A DNA stretch of 64,000 bases. Source: a bacterium. GTDB taxonomy: Bacteria; Chloroflexota; Anaerolineae; Aggregatilineales; Phototrophicaceae. Position 1 is the stretch's first letter; each line of letters opens with the position of its first letter. Below are positions 34,671-44,081 of this stretch, one piece after another. The DNA lies in the NCBI GenBank assembly GCA_033764035.1, contig JANRJJ010000026.1, positions 46,840-110,839 of the forward strand, written 5' to 3'. The notes below the pieces were generated by a model. That model saw only the letters and a list, made by a program, of their open reading frames with translations. It was not told the origin of the DNA and ran no database searches. The position numbers and the translations under genes are program-made.

Positions 34671-35513
34671 TCATTCCGGCGCGGTCAGGTCTGCCCAATA
34701 GACCGTCTCCAGGCCGGGAAATTCGCTCAGCGCGATGACGCGCTCGTTGATGCGCGTATACGTGGTGTACGATAACCGTCCCGCGCCCTGCCGCTGAATT
34801 TCCGCGCCCGTCTCCGGCATCAGCGCCCACCCCAACGGCCCCGCCGCCCCGCCAAGCGCGATCCATACTGCGCCGAACCCGCGCACCGGGGTGAACAGGC
34901 CATCGGGCGCGGCAGCCGTTGGGTCGGGGTCGCCTTCGCGGAACGTATCGCGGAAGATCGCCCCGCGCCCATCATCGAACAGCGCGTAGATCAGCCCGGT
35001 ATCGGCAAACCACACCAGCGATCCAGCCTCGAACGGCTGGACTGCGCCATACGTCGCGGCGGGCGGGGCGGGCGGGCAAAGCGGATTCTCGATCCCGTCG
35101 ATCCAGTCGTAGGCGCATGGGGGCGCATCCGCCGGCGCTGCGTCGAGCGCCGCACCGGGCAGCCAGATCACCGCGCCCACCGGGAGCGTATTCGGGTCGT
35201 CGATGCAGTTGAGCGCCGCCGCCTGGGTGATCGTGATCGCCGCCGTCCCGTTCAACAGGGCTGCCAGCGTGTCGCCGGGCATGACGGTCACGGGGCGAAA
35301 ATCCGGCAGTTGGTAGGCCGAACACACCGCAGCCCGCGCATCTTCGGCGGCGGGGGCGGTGGTTTGGGCGGGCAGCGGCGGCGGGGTGGCTGTCGGGCGA
35401 ATCGGCACGGGCGTGATCTGCTGTGCGTCCAGCGGCACGCCTAACCCCATCATCAGCACCAGCACGGCCAGCGCTGCGCCGACCGCCCGGTTCAATCGAT
35501 CAATCGTTCCCAT
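34671..35513 (-). CDS. Secreted LysM-domain protein
   Basis: Signal-like N-terminus; LysM TVMPGDTL..LNCIDDPNTLPVGAVIWLP; C-terminal PVRGFGAVW..LGWAL module. Confidence 0.75.
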   Translation of the reverse strand: MGTIDRLNRAVGAALAVLVLMMGLGVPLDAQQITPVPIRPTATPPPLPAQTTAPAAEDARAAVCSAYQLPDFRPVTVMPGDTLAALLNGTAAITITQAAALNCIDDPNTLPVGAVIWLPGAALDAAPADAPPCAYDWIDGIENPLCPPAPPAATYGAVQPFEAGSLVWFADTGLIYALFDDGRGAIFRDTFREGDPDPTAAAPDGLFTPVRGFGAVWIALGGAAGPLGWALMPETGAEIQRQGAGRLSYTTYTRINERVIALSEFPGLETVYWADLTAPE

Positions 35514-37402
35514 TCGCGCATCGTCTCGTTCAACTCATGTTCGGTCTGTTGGTATTGTTCGGTCAGCGCCCGCACTTTGCCGCCGTCGCCCGCCGCCGTC
35601 GCCTGGTTCAGGGCGGTCAGCACGCTTTCGAGCGCGCTTTCAAGCTGCGGAATCTGCGCCTCCAGCGCGGCGATGCGCTTCTGAAGCTGGTGCGGGTTCA
35701 GGTTGTGCTTTTTCTCGCTTTTGGCCGCGTCATGCCCATTCGATGGCGTGGAATCGGCCTTGCGCGCCTTGCTTTCGGCGGCGGCGCGTGCAGAGTCGCG
35801 TGCTGCCACCCATTCGGCATACGGACCTTTGAATACGTCGAGCCTGCCGGGCGACACCGCCCATATCTGCGTCGCCAGCGCGTCGATGAGGTAGCGGTCA
35901 TGGCTGACGAGCAGGATCGTGCCGTCGAACTGCGCCAGCACATGCTGGAGGATTTCCTGGCTGGCAATATCGAGATGGTTGGTCGGCTCGTCGAGCAGGA
36001 GCAGGTTCGCTCCGGTCAGCGCCAGCTTGGCCAGCGCCACCCGCCCGCGTTCGCCGCCGCTGAGCGTATCGATGGTGCGGTACACGTCGTCGCCCGTGAA
36101 CATGAACTGCGCCAGCAGGTCACGCGCCTGGCTGATCGGCATATCTTTGGCGGCCAGCACTTCTTCGAGCAGGGTATGCGACGGCGTGAGCGATTCGTGC
36201 GCCTGCTCGAAGTAGCCGATGCTGACCGCCGCGCCGATTTTGACTTCGCCCGCCAGCGGTGGAAGCTGACCGATGGCGGTTTTCACGAACGTGCTTTTGC
36301 CCGCCCCATTCGCGCCAATCAGCGCGGCCACTTCCCCACGCCGCAGCGTGATGTCCGGCGCGTGAAAGAGCGGCTGCGGCGCATCGGGGTAGCCAACGGC
36401 CAGGCCGCGTGTTTTCAGCACCTCATCGCCGCTGCGCAGCGTATTGCCCATGCGCAGATGCATCGCCCCGCGCTGGAGCGGGCGGCGGGCGGCTTCATCG
36501 CGCAGCAGCCGCTCCAAACGGGTGCGGCGGCCTTTGGCCTGGCGCGTGTTCTGCCCGGCGATATTGCGGCGGATGTAATCCATCTCTTTGGCGATGAATT
36601 CCTGCTGCGACTCATATTCTTTGAGCAGCCGTTCATGGCGGGCTTCGCGCTGTTCGGCATAGCGGCTGTAATTGCCCCGGTAGGTTTCCAGCGTCCCGAA
36701 ATCGAGTTCCCAGACGGTGGAGGCGACCGCATCCATAAAGTAGCGGTCATGGCTGACCACCAGCACCGCGCCGGGAAATTCCTTTAAGAAGCCTTCCAGC
36801 CATTCGACCGCCTCAATATCGAGATGGTTGGTCGGCTCGTCGAGCGCGAGCAGGTCGGGCGCTTCCAGCAGCAGCCGTCCCAACAGCGCACGGGTCTTTT
36901 GGCCGCCGCTCAGCAGCGCCAGCGGCTTTTCATAATCGGCAGGCGTGAAGCTAAGTCCTTGCAGCACCCCGCGCACCCGCGATTCATAGCTGTAGCCGCC
37001 CGCATCCGCGAAAGTCTCTTGCAGTTCGCCATACCGGTCGAGCAAATCGGTATGGCGGGTGGGGTCGGTTTCGGCGGCAATGGCGTGTTCCAGCGCCGTC
37101 AGGTCGCGCTCCATCGCCCGCAGACGGTCGAACCCGCTCATGACCTCATCCCAAAGGGTGTGCGCGCCGGAAAGTTCCGGGCGCTGCGGCAGAAAGCCGA
37201 TCCGCAGCCCTTTCATCCGGCTGACCGTCCCTTCGGTGGGCGTGTCCATGCCCAACAGCAGGCCAAGCAGCGTCGTCTTGCCCGCGCCGTTGGGTCCAAC
37301 CAGCGCGATCCGTGCCTTGTGCGGAATTTCGACGCTTACGCCGCTGAAAATATCGTCCGCGCCGAACGATTTACCCAGGTTGCTGGCCGTCAGAATCGAC
37401 AT
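35492..37402 (-). CDS. ABC-F family ATP-binding protein
   Basis: Two ABC cassettes (GPNGAGKT/LSGGQ/LDEPTNHLD; GANGAGKS/LSGGE/LDEPTNHLD), no TM, coiled-coil tail. Confidence 0.92.
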   Translation of the reverse strand: MSILTASNLGKSFGADDIFSGVSVEIPHKARIALVGPNGAGKTTLLGLLLGMDTPTEGTVSRMKGLRIGFLPQRPELSGAHTLWDEVMSGFDRLRAMERDLTALEHAIAAETDPTRHTDLLDRYGELQETFADAGGYSYESRVRGVLQGLSFTPADYEKPLALLSGGQKTRALLGRLLLEAPDLLALDEPTNHLDIEAVEWLEGFLKEFPGAVLVVSHDRYFMDAVASTVWELDFGTLETYRGNYSRYAEQREARHERLLKEYESQQEFIAKEMDYIRRNIAGQNTRQAKGRRTRLERLLRDEAARRPLQRGAMHLRMGNTLRSGDEVLKTRGLAVGYPDAPQPLFHAPDITLRRGEVAALIGANGAGKSTFVKTAIGQLPPLAGEVKIGAAVSIGYFEQAHESLTPSHTLLEEVLAAKDMPISQARDLLAQFMFTGDDVYRTIDTLSGGERGRVALAKLALTGANLLLLDEPTNHLDIASQEILQHVLAQFDGTILLVSHDRYLIDALATQIWAVSPGRLDVFKGPYAEWVAARDSARAAAESKARKADSTPSNGHDAAKSEKKHNLNPHQLQKRIAALEAQIPQLESALESVLTALNQATAAGDGGKVRALTEQYQQTEHELNETMREWERLID

Positions 37403-37472
37403 GGTTGGTCTTTCTTCACCCCTTCTACACCACGACGATTATAGCAGACGGCGCGTGCCGGACGGCAGGGGG

Positions 37473-38417
37473 TCACCCCACCGTCTGCGGGGTATCGGTT
37501 GGACCGTGCATGACCGGGGTATCGCCATCCCACGTCATCGGGTCGATGTGCATCCGGCGGGCAGTGCGATCCACGTCCCAGGCGTGGTAGACGCACATCA
37601 GCGTGCGGCCATCCGGCGCGGTGACGAACGAATGATGGCCGGGACCGATCACCCGTCCGGGGCGCGTCTGCATGAGCGGCGTTCCCTGATCCGCCGGGGG
37701 CTGGTACGTCCCCAGCGGGTGATCGGCCACCACATACGCGATGCCGTAATTGTCCTGTTCCCACGCGCCGCCGCTGTAAAAACAGTATACGCGCCCGTTG
37801 TGCCGCCGCACCGCCGCGCCTTCGACGGTGTGCCAGTCGTAGACGCTGCCGTACATGCTGCGCCCGGCCTTGAACAGATGCCAATCGGCAAACGGGCGCA
37901 CCACCACACGCGGATCGCCCGCCAGCGTGAATGGGTCGATCAGCTTATCCACCACAATCCCAGTGCCGACGCGGTACGGATCATCGAGCGTGAGAAAATC
38001 GCGGCAGTAGTACAGATACCATCCGCCGTCTGCATCCTGAAACGGGTGCGGGTCGATGGAAAACGGCTGATCGGCCACCAGCACCCGCCCGGTATCGCGG
38101 AACGGGCCGAGTGGCGACGCGCTGACGGCGGCGCGCAGTTGATGATCGTTCCCATCAACGCCGCGTGCCGAATAGTACATGATGAACTGACCGCCGATGA
38201 AGGCGACTTCCGGGGCCCACCATTCAATACCCGGCGGCGCGTGCAGCGCCCAGCCTTCAGGCTGCCAAACGGCTAAATCTGGCGACGAAAGCACCACGAA
38301 CTGATGGCCATCCGGCGAACCGGGACTAGTGCCATAGGCGTAATAACGCCCGGCGTGGTGCAGGACGAACGGATCGGCAAAATAAGCGGCATAAACCGGA
38401 TTGTGGTAACGCAGCAT
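37473..38417 (-). CDS. Glycoside hydrolase family 43
   Basis: FADPFVL, WWAPEV, SIDPHPF, TVEGA, GPGHHSFV. Confidence 0.88.
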   Translation of the reverse strand: MLRYHNPVYAAYFADPFVLHHAGRYYAYGTSPGSPDGHQFVVLSSPDLAVWQPEGWALHAPPGIEWWAPEVAFIGGQFIMYYSARGVDGNDHQLRAAVSASPLGPFRDTGRVLVADQPFSIDPHPFQDADGGWYLYYCRDFLTLDDPYRVGTGIVVDKLIDPFTLAGDPRVVVRPFADWHLFKAGRSMYGSVYDWHTVEGAAVRRHNGRVYCFYSGGAWEQDNYGIAYVVADHPLGTYQPPADQGTPLMQTRPGRVIGPGHHSFVTAPDGRTLMCVYHAWDVDRTARRMHIDPMTWDGDTPVMHGPTDTPQTVG

Positions 38418-38651
38418 GGCATCCCCTTTCGCAGCGTTCGCATCGTGGTACAACCATAGCGCAAACCAGCAAAAAGGAATCCCCCAGTCCACCTAGCATC
38501 AGTCCGTGCCAACGGCACGACCCACAGCGGGACGAATCATGTACACTTTTGACATCGTGCGGCGGCAGACGGGACACACGCGGATGGTTCTCCACGCCGC
38601 ACGGCTTCGGAAAGGCGGATGAACGGCAGCCTGGCAGGGGAGTACGTGAAC

Positions 38652-39395
38652 ATGAGCCATACAATCGCGGTGATTGGCAGCGACCACACCACCCGCACCA
38701 CGTTGAAGGTGCTGTTTCAGCGGCAGGGCTACCGCGTGAACGAAATGACGCTTCTGATCAGCCTGATGGCCGCCCAGCAGCGGGAATGCTGTGACCTGGT
38801 ACTGCTCGATCTGCCGACGCTGCATACGACAGCGCAAAAAGATCAGGTTTTAGAATGGGTGCGCGAATGGCAGGACATCCCGATCCTGGTCATGATGGCA
38901 CAGGCAGACGCACATCTGGCGGTGCCGCTGCTGAACGCGGGCATCGACAATTATCTGCTCAAGCCGCTGCGCCGCGATGAACTGCTGGCGAAGGTGCGGG
39001 CGCTGCTGCGCCGTCAGGCGCGCACGGGCGATGCAGGCGACGGGCTTGCCAAAAAGATCGAGATACAAGGGCTGCACATCGACCTTGCCGGGCGGCGGGC
39101 GTTCGTCGATACCCGCGATATTCGCCTGACGCGCAAGGAATTTTATTTGCTGGCGGAACTGGCTTCGCACATCGACGCGGTGTGTACCCATGAAGAACTG
39201 CTGGCGAAAGTGTGGGGCGGCGAATACTGGGACGCGAACCATTACCTGCATGTGTATTTTGGGCGCATCCGCAAAAAAATGGGAGTCCGCTACGGCGCGT
39301 TGATCGAAACCATCCCCGGCATGGGGTATATGCTGCATTCCAACAAGCCGCTGCCACAGCCGTTGATCGCCCGACCGGCCACGCTGACGCTGTAG
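38652..39395 (+). CDS. OmpR/KdpE-type response regulator with atypical receiver
   Basis: Winged-helix LTRKEFYLL..LLAKVWG..LHVYFGRIRKK..IETIPGMGY; receiver with LLDLP and LLKP. Confidence 0.85.
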   Translation: MSHTIAVIGSDHTTRTTLKVLFQRQGYRVNEMTLLISLMAAQQRECCDLVLLDLPTLHTTAQKDQVLEWVREWQDIPILVMMAQADAHLAVPLLNAGIDNYLLKPLRRDELLAKVRALLRRQARTGDAGDGLAKKIEIQGLHIDLAGRRAFVDTRDIRLTRKEFYLLAELASHIDAVCTHEELLAKVWGGEYWDANHYLHVYFGRIRKKMGVRYGALIETIPGMGYMLHSNKPLPQPLIARPATLTL

Positions 39396-39408
39396 CCGCA
39401 CGGCGCGG

Positions 39409-40185
39409 CTAGCCCGCGATGAAGCGGAAAGCGACGAAGAACAGGAACAGCCCGTACAACCGCTTCACCGTGCTGGAGGGCAGCCCCAGCGCCAGCCGCG
39501 CCCCGCCGAACGCGCCGAACACCAGCCCGGCGGCGACGGCGACTGCCGCCCCGACATCGAGCGCGCCCTGATCGTAATAGGCGACCACCGCGCCCAGGCC
39601 GACCGGAAACAGCAGCGCGCCCAGGGATGTACCGACCGCCACTTTCTGATCGAACCGCAGCAGACCGACTAGCGCCGGGACGATCACGATGCCGCCGCCA
39701 ATGCCGAACATGCCCGACAGCACCCCGGCTCCCAGGCCGACGACGAGCAGCACCCACCATGCGACGGTGAGTTCGGCTTCTGGCGCAGGCGCAGGCGGCG
39801 GAGCCAGACCGCGCACTTCCGCGATCCACTTGCGCGGTTCGATGAAGCGCCAGCCCGCGTACAACAGAAACACCCCGTACAAGCGCTGAAGCGTGTCCGT
39901 CGGCAGGCTGAGCGCCAGCCCCGCCCCGGCCACCCCGCCGAAGATCAACCCGACCGCCACGGGAACCGCGATGCGGATGTTCAGCTTGCCCGCTTTGTAA
40001 TACTCCAGTACGGCGAAGATGCCGACGGGCATCAGCAGCGCGGTAAGCGAAGTCCCGACCGCCTGGGTGAGCGTGAAGCCCAGGAACGACACCAGCGCCG
40101 GGACGATGACCACCCCGCCGCCGATCCCGAACATGCCCGACAGCACCCCGGCCACCAGCCCAATTCCAAATAAAATCAATGGCAT
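39409..40185 (-). CDS. Sulfite exporter TauE/SafE family
   Basis: Duplicated GVLSGMFGIGGG..VPAL..AVGTSL motif. Confidence 0.88.
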   Translation of the reverse strand: MPLILFGIGLVAGVLSGMFGIGGGVVIVPALVSFLGFTLTQAVGTSLTALLMPVGIFAVLEYYKAGKLNIRIAVPVAVGLIFGGVAGAGLALSLPTDTLQRLYGVFLLYAGWRFIEPRKWIAEVRGLAPPPAPAPEAELTVAWWVLLVVGLGAGVLSGMFGIGGGIVIVPALVGLLRFDQKVAVGTSLGALLFPVGLGAVVAYYDQGALDVGAAVAVAAGLVFGAFGGARLALGLPSSTVKRLYGLFLFFVAFRFIAG

Positions 40186-40387
40186 ATCAACACTCGCTTT
40201 CAGGAGTGCCGCACACTGGCACTGTGCAGTGCCAAACGTCACGCATTTTTTGCGGCAGATTGAGGGTAGGATTATACTAGCATTTGGAATGGCATACGCC
40301 CCATAGATCATGATGCCGCCGACGTGCCGTCGGTTTGCCAATGTACCATCGACACGTCAGCATCTACCCGGTTGAGGAGAAAGCGCG

Positions 40388-40759
40388 TTGGTCAAGTCAC
40401 GGACTGAACAACTGATTCAGCGCTTGCGCGACTTGCAAGCAAATTCGGAGAATGTCGAAGCCGCCGCGATTGTCAGCGTGGATGGTCTGCCGCTTGCCTC
40501 ATCGCTTCCCGGCGGGTATGAAGAAGACCGCATCAGCGCGATGAGCGCCGCCATGCTTTCGCTGGGCGAACGAATTTCGACCGAACTGGGGCGCGGCGAT
40601 TTGCAGCAGGTGTATGTCAAAGGCGAAAACGGCTACATCATCCTCAACGCCATTGGGGAAGAAGCCGTCCTGACGGTGCTGGCGCGCAAAGAAGCCAAGC
40701 TTGGGATGATCTTTCTGGAAATTGGCCGCAGCGTGCAAGCGCTGGAGCAGTTGATCTAA
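40388..40759 (+). CDS. Roadblock/LC7 (MglB-like) protein
   Basis: AAAIVSVDGLPLAS, EDRISAMSAAMLSLG, GDLQQVYVKGENG, KLGMIFL. Confidence 0.88.
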   Translation: MVKSRTEQLIQRLRDLQANSENVEAAAIVSVDGLPLASSLPGGYEEDRISAMSAAMLSLGERISTELGRGDLQQVYVKGENGYIILNAIGEEAVLTVLARKEAKLGMIFLEIGRSVQALEQLI

Positions 40760-40763
40760 CCTT

Positions 40764-41648
40764 ATGGCGGACGAAAAACCTCGCATCCTGATCGTTGAGG
40801 ACGATCTCGACCTCTCCGAGATGCTCAACGCCTATTTTTCCGTCCAGAACTATGAGGTGCGGACGGCAGCGTGGGGGCAGGAAGCCCTGAAGATCAGCGC
40901 CGACGAGAATTTCAACCTTGTCGTGCTGGATATTCGCCTGCCCGACATCAACGGGTATGAGGTCTGCCGCCAGCTTCGCAGCCAGCGCCGCACCCAGGAC
41001 GTGCCGATCATCTTCCTGACGGAAAAACGCGACCGCGTAGACAAGCTGCAAGGGCTGGAACTGGGCGTGGTCGATTACATCACCAAGCCGTTCGATATTC
41101 AGGAACTGCGGCTGCGCGTGCGCAACGCCATTCAGCGCGCCACCCAGCAGACCATCGTCAACCCGGTGACCGAACTGCCCGAACTGCCGCTGGTCGAAGA
41201 AAAGCTGAACCACCTGGTGTACGCCGAATACCCCTGGTCGCTGCTGGCAATCAGCATCGACGGGTTGGGCATCCTGCGCGAAATTTACGGGTTCGTGGCC
41301 GCCGATGAACTGCTGCGCGCCGTCACGCTCATGATTCGCAACGCGGTGCGCGAATTCGGCAACGATGATGATTTCATCGGCCACTTAAGCGCGGAAGAAT
41401 TCCTGATCGTGACGACGGCTGACCGGGTGGGGAACATCCGCAACCGCGTGGAAACGCGCATTCGCCAGTCCATCGAACATTTCTACCGCCCAAAAGAGCG
41501 CGAAGAAACCGATCATCAGGATTTTCTCAAGCTGTATACCGGGCTGGTCGATCATGCCCACGCCAGCGCCCCTTTCAAGGATGGGGACGGCATCAAAGAC
41601 GCGCTGACCGCCGCGCTGCCCAAACCGAAACCCAAAGAGATGACCTGA
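40764..41648 (+). CDS. Response regulator with degenerate GGDEF domain
   Basis: ILIVEDD..VLDIRLP..FLT..ITKPF; GGDEF position reads IGHLSAEEF. Confidence 0.82.
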   Translation: MADEKPRILIVEDDLDLSEMLNAYFSVQNYEVRTAAWGQEALKISADENFNLVVLDIRLPDINGYEVCRQLRSQRRTQDVPIIFLTEKRDRVDKLQGLELGVVDYITKPFDIQELRLRVRNAIQRATQQTIVNPVTELPELPLVEEKLNHLVYAEYPWSLLAISIDGLGILREIYGFVAADELLRAVTLMIRNAVREFGNDDDFIGHLSAEEFLIVTTADRVGNIRNRVETRIRQSIEHFYRPKEREETDHQDFLKLYTGLVDHAHASAPFKDGDGIKDALTAALPKPKPKEMT

Positions 41649-41673
41649 TCCCGCATCGGGTCATTTCCTGATC

Positions 41674-42021
41674 TTAGCCGTTCCCCTGCCCATCGATCCA
41701 CGCCCGCCAGCCCGCTTCTTCCACCAGTTCGCCGCCCGTCACCTGGGTATCGATGATCTGGCGGGATGCGTTGAAGCCGACTTCCAGTTCCACCCGCTTG
41801 AAACACTTCACACCGCTGGCGACCTTGCGCACGAACAAGGCGCTGCCGTCGTCGCTTTCGCTCAGGTCGTTCATCGGGTCAATGCGCACGCGGATCACTT
41901 CATCGCACCCGAACGGTTTCACGTAAAAATATAGGCCGCGGTCGCCCGCCGCGCCTTTGGCCGCTTTGGGCGCGGCAGATGCGCCGCCCGCGCCGCCGAA
42001 CAGCTTCCGTAGCAAATCCAT
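41674..42021 (-). CDS. Hypothetical protein
   Basis: 115-aa ORF from MDLLRKLFGG with typical codon usage. Confidence 0.65.
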   Translation of the reverse strand: MDLLRKLFGGAGGASAAPKAAKGAAGDRGLYFYVKPFGCDEVIRVRIDPMNDLSESDDGSALFVRKVASGVKCFKRVELEVGFNASRQIIDTQVTGGELVEEAGWRAWIDGQGNG

Positions 42022-42037
42022 GTCAACCTGTCCCTTT

Positions 42038-42445
42038 TCACCAGACAACTTTGGCGATATTCGCGGTTTTGATTGCCGCATCATGTGTGATCAATGGCGC
42101 GTTTAAGCGACGTGCTAAGCCAACAATGATCCTATCGTGCATTTCAGGCACTTGAGCATCCAAAGCAAAATCCAGCACATCTACGGGTAAAAACGGAATG
42201 AATCGAAAATAGGGTTTAGTGTTCAGAAGTCGGAACACCGTATGGAAATCGTCAAACCATTTCCATTTGGTATTGGCAAAATGAAGTTCCGCTAACACCA
42301 TTGCAGGGATGAGGAGGCGTGTTTGACCGCGTTCTGCCGCGCTGAAAACCGCTCTTGCCTGCTGGCTTAGCTTTTTGTCGCCCGTTAGGTACCAGATCAA
42401 GGCATGAGTATCGATCACATGCAGCGGCTCAATTGTCGATGTCAT
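42038..42445 (-). CDS. PIN-domain (VapC-like) toxin
   Basis: VIDTHALIWY, IPAMVLAEL, MHDRIIVGLA..LITHD acidic PIN motifs. Confidence 0.85.
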   Translation of the reverse strand: MTSTIEPLHVIDTHALIWYLTGDKKLSQQARAVFSAAERGQTRLLIPAMVLAELHFANTKWKWFDDFHTVFRLLNTKPYFRFIPFLPVDVLDFALDAQVPEMHDRIIVGLARRLNAPLITHDAAIKTANIAKVVW

Positions 42446-42713
42446 CAAAATCCTGGTTCCACTCGCTGCCAATCGTCAACAAATAATCGTCCAGTTCTTC
42501 AGCACTCACGGCAGCCCGCTCACTGAACATCCCATAAAGCGAGTCTGGAACATCGAAAGCGCCTGCTGCACGCAGCGCTTCCAGTTCGGCAAGCAAGGAT
42601 TCCGCCGTCACGGGTTCCTGTTCGGGATAGCGCAGCCGCTGCATGAGCAGTGCTTTCTGGGTGCTGTTCAACTGCTGCGCCGCCTGTACCAGTTCCTCAA
42701 ATGTGATCGCCAT
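42429..42713 (-). CDS. Putative antitoxin
   Basis: 94-aa protein with acidic C-terminus, directly upstream of the PIN gene and overlapping it by 17 bp. Confidence 0.7.
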   Translation of the reverse strand: MAITFEELVQAAQQLNSTQKALLMQRLRYPEQEPVTAESLLAELEALRAAGAFDVPDSLYGMFSERAAVSAEELDDYLLTIGSEWNQDFDDIDN

Positions 42714-42801
42714 ATAACCGTCCTTTTTCACATCCCGCTGCCGTCCATTGTACATCAACCTGGCTTTCTAACCCGCTTCCTACGCTCAGGCGACGGTTTT
42801 C

Positions 42802-42851
42802 GTACACACGTTCTACGAACTTCTGTGCTACGATTGCGCGTACCTTCGTTG
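42802..42851. promoter_or_regulatory. Three LexA-box-like sites
   Basis: GTAC-acac-GTTC (42802), GAAC-ttct-GTGC (42817), GTAC-cttc-GTTG (42840) compared with GAAC-N4-GTTC. Confidence 0.35.
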
Positions 42852-42894
42852 GTTTTTTGTAACAGCACTTACCGCACGGGAAGGACATGCATTC

Positions 42895-43131
42895 ATGCCG
42901 CGCCGCACTTTAAAGGATCATCCCACCGCCCAGGCGGTGTACACGTATATCAAGACGTACCGGGCTGAACATGACGGTCAGATGCCGACGGTACGCGATA
43001 TTGGCCGCGCCTGCCATCTTGCCGTATCCAGCGTTCATCATCACCTGGAGAACCTGGAAACCTGGGGGCTAATCCGCCGCGAACGGCGGATTGCCCGTGC
43101 GATTCAGATCGTCGATGAGGATGCCGAATGA
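42895..43131 (+). CDS. Stand-alone LexA-type DNA-binding domain (78 aa)
   Basis: VYTYIKTY..G.MPTVRDIG..SSVHHHLENLETWGLIRR..ARAI; no Ala-Gly site or peptidase domain. Confidence 0.8.
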   Translation: MPRRTLKDHPTAQAVYTYIKTYRAEHDGQMPTVRDIGRACHLAVSSVHHHLENLETWGLIRRERRIARAIQIVDEDAE

Positions 43132-43155
43132 GCAGCGCATGGGGGCGTATAGCCG

Positions 43156-43983
43156 CTAGCGCCCCAACTGGTGACGTTCCAGCCAGGCCATCGAACGCAT
43201 GATATCGGCCTTGTCGTTCATCTCCAGCACCAGGCGCGGCTGGCTGGTGATGTTTTTCAGCGCCCGGAAAAACGCGAACCAGTTCAGGTTACCATCGCCC
43301 AGCGCCCAATGACGGTCGGCGTGGTAATCCAGGTCTTGCAGGTGAACATGACCGAGCAGGTCACCGACGTGTGCCAGCCAGTCCTGGGGTGATGTGCCGC
43401 CCTGGGCTTCCATGAGCGCGGCGTGTCCGGTATCGACGCTGAGGCGGACGAAATCGGAGTTGAACGACTTGACCAGCGTGGTCAGCGGCCCCGGATTCTT
43501 GTCCGCGATGCATTCGATCACCAGCGCACAGCCCATCGACTGGGCGACGGGCAGCACTTTTTCGAGCGCCAGATGCACATTTTCGATCACCATGTTCAGG
43601 ATGAGCGGGTTGGCGAAGTTGGCGAATGCCGTCCCGAACGCCATGAGCGGACTGTGAATTACCATGTGGGTCGCGCCGACCACCGCCCCGAAGTCGAGAC
43701 TTTCCAGGTAGCGTTCCTGAATCACGGCGCGCAGCTTCTTGTCGAACGTCGAAAGTTCGATGCCCTCAAAGGCGGCATGAATGCCGAGCCGGCCTGTATA
43801 ACCCTTATCGTCGAGCAGCGCCTTGCCGTGCTGCGCTTCGGCGCGCCAGTCCTGATCCAGGTAGCCGGGATAGGCCGGGTCTTGAATTTCGAGATCGCGC
43901 TGGTCTGCCGCCAGCCAGTCGGCAAATTCTGCGAGTTCATTCAGGCGCATGGCCGCGCCAATCAGCGGGAGCGTGTGCTGCAT
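43156..43983 (-). CDS. Sugar phosphate isomerase/epimerase (xylose isomerase-like TIM barrel)
   Basis: LGIHAAF, LVIEC, SVDTGHA, HVHLQD, LVLEM. Confidence 0.82.
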   Translation of the reverse strand: MQHTLPLIGAAMRLNELAEFADWLAADQRDLEIQDPAYPGYLDQDWRAEAQHGKALLDDKGYTGRLGIHAAFEGIELSTFDKKLRAVIQERYLESLDFGAVVGATHMVIHSPLMAFGTAFANFANPLILNMVIENVHLALEKVLPVAQSMGCALVIECIADKNPGPLTTLVKSFNSDFVRLSVDTGHAALMEAQGGTSPQDWLAHVGDLLGHVHLQDLDYHADRHWALGDGNLNWFAFFRALKNITSQPRLVLEMNDKADIMRSMAWLERHQLGR

Positions 43984-44081
43984 CGTGCCGTTCCTTTCCA
44001 GAATGATGAATGCGCGCCAATGCTAACGCGGGTACATTAAAGAACTGAAAAGGGACATCATCGAAAAAAGGGAAAGCCATC

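Noticed and set aside
40764-41648. Active PleD-like diguanylate cyclase
   Set aside because: The signature is SAEEF and the metal-binding Asp is lost; reported as degenerate instead.
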